From the NCBI GenBank assembly GCA_964016885.1, contig OZ024763.1:11470001-11534000 (forward strand): a stretch of DNA of 64,000 nucleotides, read 5' to 3'. The position numbers were made by a program, and so were the translations under genes. Below the pieces are notes generated by a model. It saw only the letters and a list, made by a program, of their open reading frames with translations. It ran no database searches and was not told the origin of the DNA. Every line of letters starts with the position of its first letter. Within the stretch, counting starts at the first letter, position 1. Positions 1 through 14,391 of the stretch are shown one piece after another. Source of the stretch: Eledone cirrhosa. Its lineage: Eukaryota.

Positions 1-2105
1 AATGTGACAATGGTGACTGTCTTTATTACTCCAGTATTTCAAGAACACCAATCATCAATGTGACAATGGTGACTGTCTTTATTACTTCAGTATTTCAAGA
101 TCTCAATCATCAATGTGACAATGGTGACTGTCTTTATTACTTCAGTATTTCAAGAACACCAATCATCAATGTGACAATGGTGACTGTCTTTATTACTTCA
201 GTATTTCAAGATCTCAATCATCAATGTGACAATGGTGACTGTCTTTATTACTTCAGTATTTCAAGATCTCAATCATCAATGTGACAATGGTGACTGTCTT
301 TATTACTCCAGTATTTCAAGAACACCAATCATCAATGTGACAATGGTGACTGTCTTTATTACTCCAGTATTTCAAGAACACCAATCATCAATGTGACAAT
401 GGTGACTGTCTTTATTACTCCAGTATTTCAAGAACACCAATCATCAATGTGACAATGGTGACTGTCTTTATTACTCCAGTATTTCAAGAAGACCAATCAT
501 CAATGTGACAATGGTGACTGTCTTTATTACTCCAGTATTTCAAGAACACCAATCATCAATGTGACAATGGTGACTGTCTTTATTACTCCAGTATTTCAAG
601 AACACCAATCATCAATGTGACAATGGTGACTGTCTTTATTACTCCAGTATTTCAAGAAGACCAATCATCAATGTGACAATGGTGACTGTCTTTATTACTC
701 CAGTATTTCAAGAACACCAATCATCAATGTGACAATGGTGACTGTCTTTATTACTCCAGTATTTCAAGAACACCAATCATCAATGTGACAATGGTGACTG
801 TCTTTATTACTCCAGTATTTCAAGAAGACCAATCATCAATGTGACAATGGTGACTGTCTTTATTACTCCAGTATTTCAAGAAGACCAATCATCAATGTGA
901 CAATGGTGACTGTCTTTATTACTCCAGTATTTCAAGAACACCAATCATCAATGTGACAATGGTGACTGTCTTTATTACTCCAGTATTTCAAGAACACCAA
1001 TCATCAATGTGACAATGGTGACTGTCTTTATTACTCCAGTATTTCAAGAAGACCAATCATCAATGTGACAATGGTGACTGTCTTTATTACTCCAGTATTT
1101 CAAGAACACCAATCATCAATGTGACAATGGTGACTGTCTTTATTACTCCAGTATTTCAAGATCACCAATCATCAATGTGACAATGGTGACTGTCTTAATT
1201 ACTCCAGTATTTCAAGAACACCAATCATCAATGTGACAATGGTGACTGTCTTAATTACTCCAGTATTTCAAGAACACCAATCATCAATGTGACAATGGTG
1301 ACTGTCTTTATTACTCCAGTATTTCAAGAACACCAATCATCAATGTGACAATGGTGACTGTCTTTATTACTCCAGTATTTCAAGAACACCAATCATCAAT
1401 GTGACAATGGTGACTGTCTTTATTACTTCAGTATTTCAAGAACACCAATCATCAATGTGACAATGGTGACTGTCTTTATTACTCCAGTATTTCAAGAACA
1501 CCAATCATCAATGTGACAATGGTGACTGTCTTTATTACTCCAGTATTTCAAGAACACCAATCATCAATGTGACAATGGTGACTGTCTTTATTACTCCAGT
1601 ATTTCAAGAACACCAATCATCAATGTGACAATGGTGACTGTCTTTATTACTCCAGTATTTCAAGAACACCAATCATCAATGTGACAATGGTGACTGTCTT
1701 TATTACTTCAGTATTTCAAGAACACCAATCATCAATGTGACAATGGTGACTGTCTTTATTACTCCAGTATTTCAAGAACACCAATCATCAATGTGACAAT
1801 GGTGACTGTCTTTATTACTCCAGTATTTCAAGAACACCAATCATCAATGTGACAATGGTGACTGTCTTTATTACTCCAGTATTTCAAGAACACCAATCAT
1901 CAATGTGACAATGGTGACTGTCTTTATTACTTCAGTATTTCAAGAACACCAATCATCAATGTGACAATGGTGACTGTCTTTATTACTCCAGTATTTCAAG
2001 AACACCAATCATCAATGTGACAATGGTGACTGTCTTTATTACTTCAGTATTTCAAGAACACCAATCATCAATGTGACAATGGTGACTGTCTTTATTACTC
2101 CAGTA
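1..2105. repeat. 56-bp tandem satellite (~37 units, runs off the left edge)
   Basis: Unit AATGTGACAATGGTGACTGTCTTTATTACTCCAGTATTTCAAGAACACCAATCATC repeats head-to-tail with few variants; a few units are 55 bp. Confidence 0.97.
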
Positions 2106-2244
2106 TATGTTACATCTACGAAGGGACAGTTTCTCCCCTTCTTCTCAAGTACAACAATATCTGGTTTGTTGTGTTCAATCTTCAGCTCAATCTGAACTGA
2201 GACGTCTCATAAGCGCTTTATTTCATCAAAACATTATTTTAATT

Positions 2245-2440
2245 GTGGATTGGCAGGATTGGCAGGATTGGTAGAGGGTGGACACCATGCTTTGACGTAT
2301 AAAGTTACGGCCCTTGCCATTCTGAGTTCAAATCCTGCAGAGGTCAATTTTGCCTTTCATCCTTACAGGGTCGATGAAATAAAGTACCAGTAATGTACTG
2401 GGTAATTGCTGGCCTTGTGCCAAAAGTAGAAACAATTATT
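2245..2440 (+). mobile_element. tRNA-derived SINE with Meta-domain-like core (family A)
   Basis: A-box-like TGGCAGGATTGG, B-box GAGTTCAAATCC, core GCCTTTCATCCTT..GGTCGAT.AAATAAAGTACCAGT, AT-rich tail; more than 12 copies in the window. Confidence 0.85.
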
Positions 2441-2600
2441 TCAATAGTGGATTATATTGTGTTATATAATGTCACTTTCAAAACAATTTTTTCTTTTTTT
2501 TTTTTCTTTACATGCCCTACTGTACCATACTGTACCGTCCTTAATGTTATACTTTATGTCAACCCTTGTGTTTAATAAAGAAAGCATTATTAGCTTTTCA

Positions 2601-2822
2601 AGGTGGTGCAATGGCAGTATCGGCAGAGCGTCGGACGCCATTACGTCGTGGCATAGTCACATACTTTTTATGTTCTGAGTTCAAATCTCACCGAGGTTAA
2701 CTTTGTCTTTCATTCTTTCACGGTCGATAAAATAAAGTACCAGTAACGCACTGGGGTCGATTTATTTGACTGCCCCCTCCCCCAAAATTGCTGGCCTTGT
2801 ACCTAAATCTGAAACCATTATT
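2601..2822 (+). mobile_element. SINE family A copy
   Basis: Same head, B-box, core and tail as 2245-2440. Confidence 0.8.
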
Positions 2823-3204
2823 AGCTTTTCCTTGACAGTGAACACGTGTGGTTCCAGTTCACTGGATGTCTTTTCCCAAGCTTGTCAGAGCTGCAGTTCT
2901 GGGTGAAGCGAAGACATGGGGGGGGGGGGGGGGTAATACTTGGAAACTAGAATCTCCTCAAGTACTCACAGTCCTCTACCAATTGGACGGTATGATCGGT
3001 AGAAACTCCACCTGGGCATTCTATGGAGGGTTGATGGAGGGTAAAAGTGATGTTCTTGGGAAGAATCTGGGCATTGATGAAAATCAACTGGCCATTTTTT
3101 CTGGAGAACTTTCTGATCAGGGCTCATGGATAACTTCCAGAAATCCCTGGTCTGGCATTGCTAGCAGGGAGTCTTGCCAGTTCAAGAAAAACACCTCCAA
3201 GTAA

Positions 3205-4345
3205 CACTACCTTCATCATACTCAACCACCACCACCATCCCATCCCATCACCATCACCTTCCCACAATCCCCACCCACTTTCACCACCAACAACCAACAT
3301 CAACACCACCACCACCAACAACTATCACCATCCCACCACCACCACCACTGTCACCAACATCATCACCACCACCACCAACAACAACAGCACCACACCACCA
3401 TCCCACTACCATGCCACCACCATCCCACCACCACCACTACCACCACCACCACCACACCCACACCACCACCATCACACCACCACCACCACACCACCACCAT
3501 CACACCACCACCACACCCACACCACACCCACACCACCACCACCACACCCACACCACCACCACCACACTACCACCACCACCACACCCACACCACACCCACA
3601 CCACCACCACCACCACACCACCACCACCACCACCACCACACCCACACCACACCCACACCACCACCATCACACCACCACCACCACCCCTACACCTCCGCCA
3701 TCCCACCACCACCACCAACACTCCCAATGAATTAACAACTGTTTATCTTGTAAATTTTTAGAATCGACTTTTAAAATAAAATTAAGACTGTTTTTGTTTT
3801 TTAAATGAGTTTAACAACAACAACAACAACAACACAGGCATAGACTTACAAAGTTAAAGGTAGGTGTGGGGGTGATGGTGGGGGTGTTGTTGTTGTTGGT
3901 GGTGGTGGGGTTGGGGTTGATGTTGGTTGTGGTGTTGTTGTTGTTGTTGTTGTTGGTGGTGGTGGTCTTGGTTTGTGGTGATGGTGGTGGTGTTGGTGGT
4001 GGTCTTGGTGGTGGTGTTGGTTTGTGGTGATGGTGGTCTTGGTGGTGGTCTTGGTGGTGGTGTTGGTTTGTGGTGATGGTGGTGGTGTTGGTGTTGGTGT
4101 TGGTGGTGGTGTTGGTTTGTGGTGATGGTGGTGGTGTTGGTGTTGGTGTTGGTGGTGGTGTTGGTTTGTGGTGATGGTGTTGGTGGTGTTGGTGGTGATA
4201 GCGGTGGAGTTAGTGATGATGGTGATGGTGGTATTGTTAGTGGTAGTAGTGGTAGTAGTGGTTGTAGTGGTAGTAGTGGTTGTAGTAGTGGTTGTAGTGG
4301 TAGTAGTAGTAGTAGTAGTAGTGGTAGTAGTAGTGGTATTGTGAT
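3205..4345. repeat. (CAC)n-rich block followed by (GGT/GTA)n-rich block
   Basis: Degenerate trinucleotide repeats, the source of the poly-T/H/P ORFs. Confidence 0.9.
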
Positions 4346-4464
4346 GAAGGAAAGATGACAGGTGGAAAGCCAGCCTCACAGTTTTGGAGGCGGTTAAGTC
4401 TGCACCAATCACAGCCTGGTGTTTGGCTGGTGAATATATATACACTTAATGGGTGTATACACTC

Positions 4465-4484
4465 CTTCTCTCTCTCTCTCCCTC

Positions 4485-4528
<44 letters not shown>

Positions 4529-4586
4529 TCTCTCACCCCTCCCTCTCTCTCTCTCTCTCGCTCTCTCTCTCAGTATATATATATAT

Positions 4587-4618
<32 letters not shown>

Positions 4619-4921
4619 GATTATATATACACTCAATATATATATATATACACCACACACATATATATATAGATATATATACACACACACACACACATAT
4701 ATATACATATATACACACACATATATATATATATATAATCATCACTGTTTTACACCCATGTTGCATGCAGGCATATATATATATATATGTGTATATATAT
4801 ATCCATATACACATATACACATATACAGTGTATCTATATATATATATGTATGTATATATATATACATACATACATATATATATATATGTGTATGTATGTA
4901 TGTGTTTGGATGCACACATAC

Positions 4922-4953
<32 letters not shown>

Positions 4954-5006
4954 GTATGTGTTTGGATGCACACATACATACATACATACATACATACATA
5001 CATACA

Positions 5007-5042
<36 letters not shown>

Positions 5043-7153
5043 TATATGTATGTATGTATGTATGTGTGTGTGTGTGTTTGGATGCATATGCACACAGACA
5101 CACACAGACACACACAGACACACACACTATCTCGCTCTCTTTCACACACACATGCTCTCTCCCTCTTTCTCCCTCACACCCCTTCTCACTCCCCCTACAC
5201 ACTCCCTCTCAATACCCTCTTATTACACAGACACACACTCTCAAACTCCCCCCAGCACTCCACACATGCACTCACATACACACACACATAAACATTCACA
5301 GACACACACACATACACACAGCCACACAGCCACACACACACACACAAGACCATAAACATCCACACCACCATTCACACACACACAACCACCACCACACACA
5401 CACCACCACACAGCTACACAACCACACACCACCATACACACACACAACCTCACACCACCATACACACACACCACCACACACACACCAACCCACACACACA
5501 CCAGCACACACACAGCACCACAAAACTACACACACACACACCCACCCACACACATACACACACCACCATACACACACACCACCACACACACTGCCATACA
5601 ACTACACACATACACACACACACACACCACCGCCATACACTCACAACCACATACACCCTCCTCCCCTCCCACACACACACACCACCACACACACACATAC
5701 ATCTACACACACATCACCATACACACACATACAACTACACATACACACACATACAACTACACACACCACCACACACACACACCACACCACCACACACACA
5801 CCACCACACACACCACACCACCACACACACCACCACACACACACACCACACACCACCACACCACACACACACAACCACACACACCACCACACACCACCAC
5901 ACGCATACAACCACACACACACACACACCACCACATTCATACAACCATACACACACACACCACCACCACACATACAACCATACACACACACACACCACCA
6001 CACACATACAACCATACACACACACACACACCACCACACACATACAACCACACACACACCACCATATACACACACCACCACACACATACAACCATACACA
6101 CACACACCACCATACACATACAACTATACACACACACACACACACACCACCACACTCATACAACCATACACACACAAACCACCACACACATACAACCATA
6201 CACACACACACCACCACACACATACAACCATACACACACACACCAACCCACACACCACCACCACACACACCAACCCACACACCACACACACACACCAACC
6301 CACACACACCACCACACACACAACCATACACACATACACCACCACACACACCAACCCACACACACCACCACACACACACAACCATACACACACACACCAC
6401 CACACATACAACCACACACACACACCACCACCACACACATACAACCATACACACACACACCAACCCACACACCACCACCACACACACACACCACCACACA
6501 CATACAATCATACACACACACACCACCACACACATACAACCATACACACACACACCAACCCACACACCACCACCACCACACACACACCAACCCACACACA
6601 CCACCACACACATACAACCAACACACACACAACCATACACACACCAACCCACACACACCACCACACACACCACCACACACACACACCAACCCACACACAC
6701 CACCACACACACCACCACACACACACACCAACCCACACACACCACCACACACATACAACCATACACACACATACAACCATACACACACACCACCGCACAC
6801 ATACAACCATACACACACACACCAACCCACACACCACACCACACACGCCAACCCACACACACCACCACACACACACCAACCCACACACATAACCATACAC
6901 ACACCAACCCACACACACCACCACACACATACAACCATACACACACACACCAACCCACACATACAACCATACACACACATACAACCATACACACACACAC
7001 ACCACCACACACATACAACCATACACACTCATACAACCATACACACACACACCACCACACACATACAACCATACACACACATACAACCATACACACACAC
7101 ACATACAACCATACACACACATACAACCATACACACACACACACCAACCCACA
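4465..7153. repeat. Compound (CT)n/(TA)n/(CATA)n/(CA)n-rich microsatellite tract
   Basis: Low-complexity sequence, the source of the HT/VC-repeat ORFs. Confidence 0.95.
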
Positions 7154-7160
7154 TATTCTG

Positions 7161-7202
7161 TGACGTCAAAAAACTAGAAGGAGTTTTCAGTCCTATATTA
7201 AA
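7161..7202 (+). promoter_or_regulatory. Putative core promoter: palindromic CRE (TGACGTCA 7161-7168) and TATA-like TATATTAAA (7194-7202)
   Basis: The motifs lie at the start of a unique-sequence island that ends in a perfect donor CAG|GTAAGT at 7430/7431. Confidence 0.55.
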
Positions 7203-7224
7203 CCAATTTCATGGTAAGATCGGG

Positions 7225-7430
7225 TAAAAGCTAGTCTGTTTGGCCAGCATAAGGACCACTCTCTCTGACACACTCTCACTCACAGTCACACTCACACTCA
7301 CACTCACCAGCTGTATATTCCTTCCTTCGGTAGTAACTACTCACAGATAATCCCACCATGGGCCGACAGATAAAACAGGAAACCAGTACACAGGTTCCTT
7401 GCATTAAGGTCACTTGCGATGTTGTTACAG
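7225..7430 (+). other. Putative exon 1 of the prepropeptide gene (5'UTR, possibly with in-frame upstream ATG at 7358); start approximate
   Basis: Unique sequence between microsatellites with consensus donor ACAG|GTAAGT; CCACCATGG at 7358 splices in frame to exon 2. Confidence 0.55.
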
Positions 7431-7694
7431 GTAAGTGATGTGTGTGTATATATATATGTATGTGTGTGTATATATATGTGTATATATATATGTGTGTGTG
7501 TGGATATGAGTATATGTCTATGTGTATATATCTAACTATCTATCTATCTATCTATGTATATATATCTATATATATACATATATAGAGAGATAGATATATA
7601 TAGACGTATATATATAGATAAATATATATATAGAGAGAGATAGATATAGATAAATATATATATATATATATATATATAAAACTGGTATATATTG

Positions 7695-7758
7695 TATTTT
7701 GTCTGATGAAAGCATACCATAATTTAACATGGTATCCTTGAAATATGTATAATAAAAT
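7695..7758 (+). ncRNA. Minimal type-I hammerhead ribozyme motif in a PLE-like repeat
   Basis: TTTTGT-CTGATGA(7703)-AAGCATACCAT..ATGGTATCCTT-GAAA(7740)-TATGTA-TA-ATAAAA; paralog at 55443-55500. Confidence 0.65.
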
Positions 7759-7927
7759 AGATATGGTTTTATAAATATAGTTTCCATTTGTTAATATCAT
7801 ATATATATATACATAGATAAATATATATATAGATAAATATATATATAGATAAATATATATATAGATAGAGAGAGAGAGATAAATATCTATATATCTATAT
7901 ATATGTATATATATATATGTGTGTGTT

Positions 7928-7981
<54 letters not shown>

Positions 7982-7987
7982 GATATA

Positions 7988-8043
<56 letters not shown>

Positions 8044-8102
8044 GATATATATAGATATATATATACATATATATAGATATATATATATATATATATAGAG
8101 AG

Positions 8103-8308
8103 ATTTATTAAAATAACAGATTAAAGTTTAAGCAAAGAATCGTTGCTTTCACCCTTAACGGGATCTTCAGAAGATCCCGTTAAGAGTGAAAGCAACGATT
8201 CTTTGCTTAAACTTTAATCTGTTATTTTAATAAATATTTGCTCTACGGTTCTTATATATTTGATATATATTTATCCTTATCGAACCCTCTTTGGATTTTA
8301 GTCTTCAC
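8103..8308. mobile_element. Fold-back PLE-like element (inverted arms 8103-8235)
   Basis: ~65-bp near-perfect arms centred at ~8169; minus strand reads CTGAAGATCCCGTTAAGGGTGAAAG; same family at 20302-20562. Confidence 0.75.
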
Positions 8309-8457
8309 ATATATTATTATTACTATATATATATATAGCATCATCATCATCATCATCATCATCATTTTATGTCCACTTTGCACCACACACCACCACACAC
8401 ACCACCACACACACACTTCAGTGAGTGTGTTTTATTATTATTTCTGGCAATAATATT

Positions 8458-8516
<59 letters not shown>

Positions 8517-8578
8517 TACTCTTTTACTCTTTTACCTGTTTCAGCCATCCGGCTGAGGCCATGCTGGGGCACCACCCT

Positions 8579-8636
<58 letters not shown>

Positions 8637-8638
<2 letters not shown>

Positions 8639-8848
8639 ATATAGAAATGGCTTCTACAGGACTAGAACTGTTTCATTCCAGGGAAATCATCAGGAAAACT
8701 GTTTGATTCCAAAGAAATAATCAGGGCTTTCCTAATGATTTCCTTGGAATGAAACAGTTCTAGTCCTGTAGAAGCCATTTCTATATTAGATATTTGTACT
8801 CTATGTATTGAGTACCTTACTTACTGTGGTTACCCCCGATTGAATCCG
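8637..8848. mobile_element. Fold-back PLE-like element with hammerhead core
   Basis: Inverted arms 8637-8788; minus strand CTGATGA-TTTCCCTGGAAT-GAAAC-AGTTCTA-GTC; family member at 24385-24500. Confidence 0.75.
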
Positions 8849-8860
8849 ACTCACACACAT

Positions 8861-8931
<71 letters not shown>

Positions 8932-9090
8932 CATACATATACACACACATACATACATATACACACACATACATATACACACACACACAATCATACATAT
9001 ACACACACACACATACATACATATACACACACATACATACCTGCCCTGAGCTGATTAATGTGAAAAAAAGTTTACAAAATGCGGCAATTG

Positions 9091-9167
<77 letters not shown>

Positions 9168-9274
9168 ATACACTATTCACTTCCCTGACATTTGTATATT
9201 ATTCTATGTACTATACATGCACCTTTGACGAGTTGTAGTGCACCTGAGCACTTTACACAATAATTTCATTATTA

Positions 9275-9480
9275 TTGTTATACTTTGGGAGGGTCATGTT
9301 GCCAATAAGAAACACATGCACCAGTTGCTTTCACTTCAATTTATTATAATAAATTTATAAATTTAGGAATTTATAAATTTCCGGTCGGTTAGTTGGTTCC
9401 ACAACCAGATGGTTGTTTATATATTGTCAAACTTCTTTCGTCACACATATCCTGTGACCTCTTCAGTGACTGGGGATTCA
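9275..9480 (-). mobile_element. PLE-like non-coding element with hammerhead (family of 54185-54685)
   Basis: Minus strand GTCA-CTGAAGA-GGTCACA..TGTGAC-GAAA-GAAGTT-TGAC; nearly identical to an arm of the 54.2-54.7 kb palindrome. Confidence 0.75.
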
Positions 9481-9490
9481 ATATTATTAT

Positions 9491-9565
<75 letters not shown>

Positions 9566-9739
9566 ATAAAAAAAAATGTTTAAATGTTCGCTCAACATGG
9601 CTGAACACAATAAATGTAATGAGTTTTTCGAATATTAATAATAACATTCGATTCATTTGCAATTATGCAAACAAGCCTCAATTTTATAGCCATGTCAGTA
9701 GAATGAACCCTTCATTCTTGCTCTTGTGTTGGCATGTAA

Positions 9740-9770
<31 letters not shown>

Positions 9771-9844
9771 GCTATTACTGGAATATGACTACACCAATGC
9801 TATCCATGAACCCAAACATACACCATCTATACAACTAAAGCCAA

Positions 9845-9882
<38 letters not shown>

Positions 9883-9977
9883 GTTGTTTATTACATAACT
9901 AATAAGCTCTGTAGCCTACATAGAGCACTTTATTTGTCTGTACCTTTCCGACAGAAATACTTTATTTATATATATAT

Positions 9978-10308
9978 TCATCATCATTTTACGTCCGCTT
10001 TTCCCTGCTTGCAAAGGTGGGACGGGAACTGATTCTGGCTTGATTTCTACAGCTGGATGCCCTTCCTAACACCAACCTCATTTACGGTGAGTGCTGGGTG
10101 CTTTTTTTGCCGTGGAACCTCCACGACTACTTTACAGTGGAATGATATGGACCCCAGTCCCTATCATCTCATTTCTACAGCTGAGTAAACTGGAGCTATG
10201 TGAAATAAAGTGTCTTGCTCAAGGAAACAACACATCACCCAGTCTGAGAATTGAACTCACAACCTTTCAATTGCAAGCCCAATGCTCTTACCACTAAGCC
10301 ATGTGCTT

Positions 10309-10310
<2 letters not shown>
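9978..10310 (-). mobile_element. CORE-type SINE with RTE-like 3' end (family B)
   Basis: Reverse complement of tRNA head, CCTTGAGCAAGACACTTTATTTCACA..CAGTTTACTCAGCTGTAGAAATGAG, AGGAAGGGCATCCAGC and a (GAT)n tail. Confidence 0.85.
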
Positions 10311-11092
<782 letters not shown>

Positions 11093-11207
11093 TAATAAGA
11101 GGAATTCCAACTTTGTCTGATTTACTCGTTTTATTTACAATCCTTTAAAATATATAATGGTATTATAATGAAATAGTATGATAGAATATTAAATTCTAAG
11201 TGTTAAT

Positions 11208-11246
11208 TGAACAAGTACTTTCATGCTTTCGCAATCTTCAGGTTCA
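11208..11246 (-). ncRNA. Minimal hammerhead ribozyme motif
   Basis: Minus strand TGAAC-CTGAAGA-TTGC-GAAA-GCAT-GAAA-GTAC-TT-GTTCA: stem I TGAAC/GTTCA, palindromic stem III AAGTACTT. Confidence 0.7.
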
Positions 11247-12199
11247 TAATATGTGGTGACAGTCAAGTTTGTAATTTTCAACTGCAGTTGAAAATTGCAA
11301 ACTTGACTGTCACCACAATTCTGGCTGGACACGGCTAGTTTAAATGCTAAAGGGTTAATGACCTTTTCTTTCTCCTATCATTAAACATTCATTTCTCATT
11401 TGTAAAATACATCCAACATTCTTTTGTTTTTTTCAACAATAATATTCAAATATTTTACAGAGCTGTCAACTCTCCCCTTCTAACGGGGGACATCTCTCAC
11501 CCACTTTGGGGTGGGTGAGAGATGTCTTGTGAAAATGGGTATAGCTTTCATTATGTAAAATCTCCTCATTTTGCCTCATTTTCTTTTTTTTTTTTGTGGT
11601 ACTCTCCATTTGGGTTTTTAGAGATCAGCAGGTCTGATTTTATCTGTTTAATCTTATTTTGTTTCTTTGTTTATTCACCAATGGTCTTTTAGGCCATTCA
11701 GCCCTATCTGACCATCTCATCAAAACCTCCAATATCATTCTCACTCAATCACCCCTTCGTCTTCTCTCCGTTTTTACATTCCTATCATTTCTTCATTAGT
11801 ATATACATGCTTACCAGTCGTGTAGGTGTCAGGACAAAAAGCACCCAGCACGCACTGTCAATGTGGTTGGCATTAGAAAGGGCATCCAGCCATAGAAAAC
11901 CAGCCCCAAAGCACCCATCCCCCACTGTAAAGTGGGCATGTAAAAAACACGGCAAAAAGCACCCAGCACACACTGTCAATGTGGTTGGCATTAGGAAGGG
12001 CATCCAGTCGTAGAAAACCAGCCAGAAACTCTCCTATATGAGCGAGACACGGTCACCCGACCCAACCCAACCCAACTTGCCTCTAATTGGGACACACCCA
12101 TCTAACCCATGCTAGCGTGGAAGATAGATGTTAATCGACGATGATGATTACCACTCTACACCCAAACCCCTCTCCCAATATATATACCATAACAGACCA

Positions 12200-12924
12200 G
12201 TTTGACAATCGTCACAGAACTAATATAAAGTCAGAAAACTACGCTGAACCCAGGACTTTCGGAAACATTGTCTCACGTTCAGAGTTACTGAAGCATGGAA
12301 CAAACTACCTGCATCAGTTGTTAGTTGTCAGGACACTGCATCCTTCAAAACCTCCATGGAACAAACTACCTGCATCAGTTGTTAGCTGTCAGGACACTGC
12401 ATCCTTCAAAACCTCCATGGAACAAACTACCTGCATCAGTTGTTAGCTGTCGGGACACTGCATCCTTCAAAACCTCCATGGAACAAACTACCTGCATCAG
12501 TTGTTAGCTGTCGGGACACTGCATCCTTTAAAACTTCCATGGAACAAACTCCCTGCATCAGTTGTTAGCTGTCAGGACACTGCATCCTTCAAAACTTCCA
12601 TGGAACAAACTACCTGCATCAGTTGTTAGCTGTCAGGACACTGCATCCTTCAAAACTTCCATGGAACAAACTACCTGCATCAGTTGTTAGCTGTCAGGAC
12701 ACTGCATCCTTCAAAACTTCCATGATTCCCAAAATTTACCAACGCTACACCTGATATTTCCCCCCCATACACACACACACACATGCGCTCATGTGTGTAT
12801 ATCATGACACATCCACTGTTCACTTTCCTGACATTTGTACATTAGTCTATGTACTATACATGCACCTTTGATGAGTTGTAGTGCACCTGAGCACTGTACA
12901 CACTAATTTTCATTATTATTATTA

Positions 12925-12927
<3 letters not shown>
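12200..12927 (+). mobile_element. CR1/L2-like LINE 3' end containing a 61-bp x7 tandem amplification (12294-12724)
   Basis: Translates to SRV.EAWNKLPASVVSCQDTASFK, typical of the CR1/L2 C-terminus; 3'UTR with (ATT)n tail, also seen at 9170-9275. Confidence 0.75.
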
Positions 12928-12960
<33 letters not shown>

Positions 12961-12963
<3 letters not shown>

Positions 12964-13146
12964 CGAAGGAATTGTGGTAAGGAACCAGATAGACCATAAC
13001 GCACCAAAGTACTCAATACTTAGGGTAGTAGAGTGGGTAAAAGGAACAAGTATGACCCCGATGGCAGAGCTCAAGCCGTTTCGAAGGCTATTTCTGGACA
13101 TAGCCGTCAAAACGGCTTGAGCTCTGCCGTCGGGGTCATACTTGTT

Positions 13147-13150
<4 letters not shown>
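12961..13150. mobile_element. Fold-back element in (TA)n (arms 13042-13149)
   Basis: Contains AAACGGC..GCCGTC-GGGGTCA (hammerhead stem III-like); family copies at 34495-34635, 36240-36316, 41005-41160 and 60417-60605. Confidence 0.7.
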
Positions 13151-13182
<32 letters not shown>

Positions 13183-13254
13183 GTAAACAGAAATAACAAC
13201 ACAATCGGTACAGTATATGGAAGGTATATATTAAGTTAACGCTTGATATAGCAG

Positions 13255-13300
13255 GAAGAGAGTCTTAACGTTTCGGACGCTAGTCCTTCATCAGAAGAAA
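13255..13300 (-). ncRNA. Minimal hammerhead motif in a PLE-like repeat
   Basis: Minus strand CTGATGA-AGGAC-TAGC-GTCC-GAAA-CG-TTA; degenerate paralogs at ~17650-17690, 30600-30635 and 37555-37595. Confidence 0.6.
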
Positions 13301-13764
13301 GAATGAGAAATAAAATAGATTGAGGGGACGGGCGGGATGGAATTGGAAAAAATGTCTTTATATATAAATCATCATCATCATCATGATTTTATGTCCGCTT
13401 TCCCTGCTTGCAAGGGTGGGACAGGTCTTACCCTTGTAAGCAGGGAAAAAATATATATATACTATATATGGATATATACACACCACACACTCCAGTAACA
13501 TGCAGAGGGGGGAGCCAACGATGTGTTGAGCCTTGGCATCCTTTGGATGGGGGCACCATTTGGGGAAAAGAGCTTAATAAATTTTATTGATTTATATTAA
13601 AATTGAATAAAGCGTTTATTTCATGTTTCATCTGTGTTTATATATTCAAAATATTTTCCCTTCACATAATATTTCTCAGTATATTAGGTCTTATACTTGA
13701 GTCTTTGGGGCATTAGGTCTTATACTTGAGTCTTTGGGGCATACAATCAAGATTTGCCCAGAGC

Positions 13765-14274
13765 ACAAAACAACACTACATCACATTAAATATTAAAGTC
13801 TTTACTCTAATACTGCAAATTTTCACAAGAATCTGTCCACCAGTAAAGATACTATAAACATTTAGTACAAAACAACACTACATCACATTAAATATTAAAG
13901 TCTTTACTCTAATACTGCAAATTTTCACAAGAATCTGTCCACCAGTAAAGATACTATAAACATTTAGTACAAAACAACACTACATCACATTAAATATTAA
14001 AGTCTTTGCTCTAATATTACAAATGTTCACAAGAATCTGTCTACTAGTAAAGATACTATAAACATTTAGTACAAAACAACACTACATCACATTAAATATT
14101 AAAGTCTTTACTCTAATATTACAAATGTTCACAACAATCTGTCCACTAGTAAAGATACTATAAACATTTAGTACAAAACAACACTATGACTACATCACAT
14201 TAAATATTAAAGTCTTTACTCTATTACAAATGTTCACAACAATCTGTCCATTAATAAAAATACTATAAACATTT
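13765..14274. repeat. 102-bp minisatellite x5
   Basis: Units start at 13765, 13867, 13969, 14071 and 14173. Confidence 0.95.
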
Positions 14275-14391
14275 GCATGAAGAAAGCCATTTTTAGATAT
14301 TTTCTGCTCTGTTCATAAAAAGATGTTAAAAGATGAAGTAACACTTTTGTTTTATCTGTTGTTTTTTCCAGGCCTCCTTTCCTCACACAAA

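Noticed and set aside
1-2105. CRISPR-like regular repeats (also 51451-52002)
   Set aside because: Head-to-tail units without unique spacers, eukaryotic context, no cas genes
2245-2345. tRNA genes at A/B-box sites
   Set aside because: These are SINE heads that continue into SINE core and tail; no intact cloverleaf
2848-3204. 118-aa ORF
   Set aside because: GTG start, poly-G run, no recognisable domain or splice context; probably decayed repeat
3158-7152. His/Thr/Pro-rich and Val/Cys-rich ORFs
   Set aside because: Microsatellite translations with no splice or domain support
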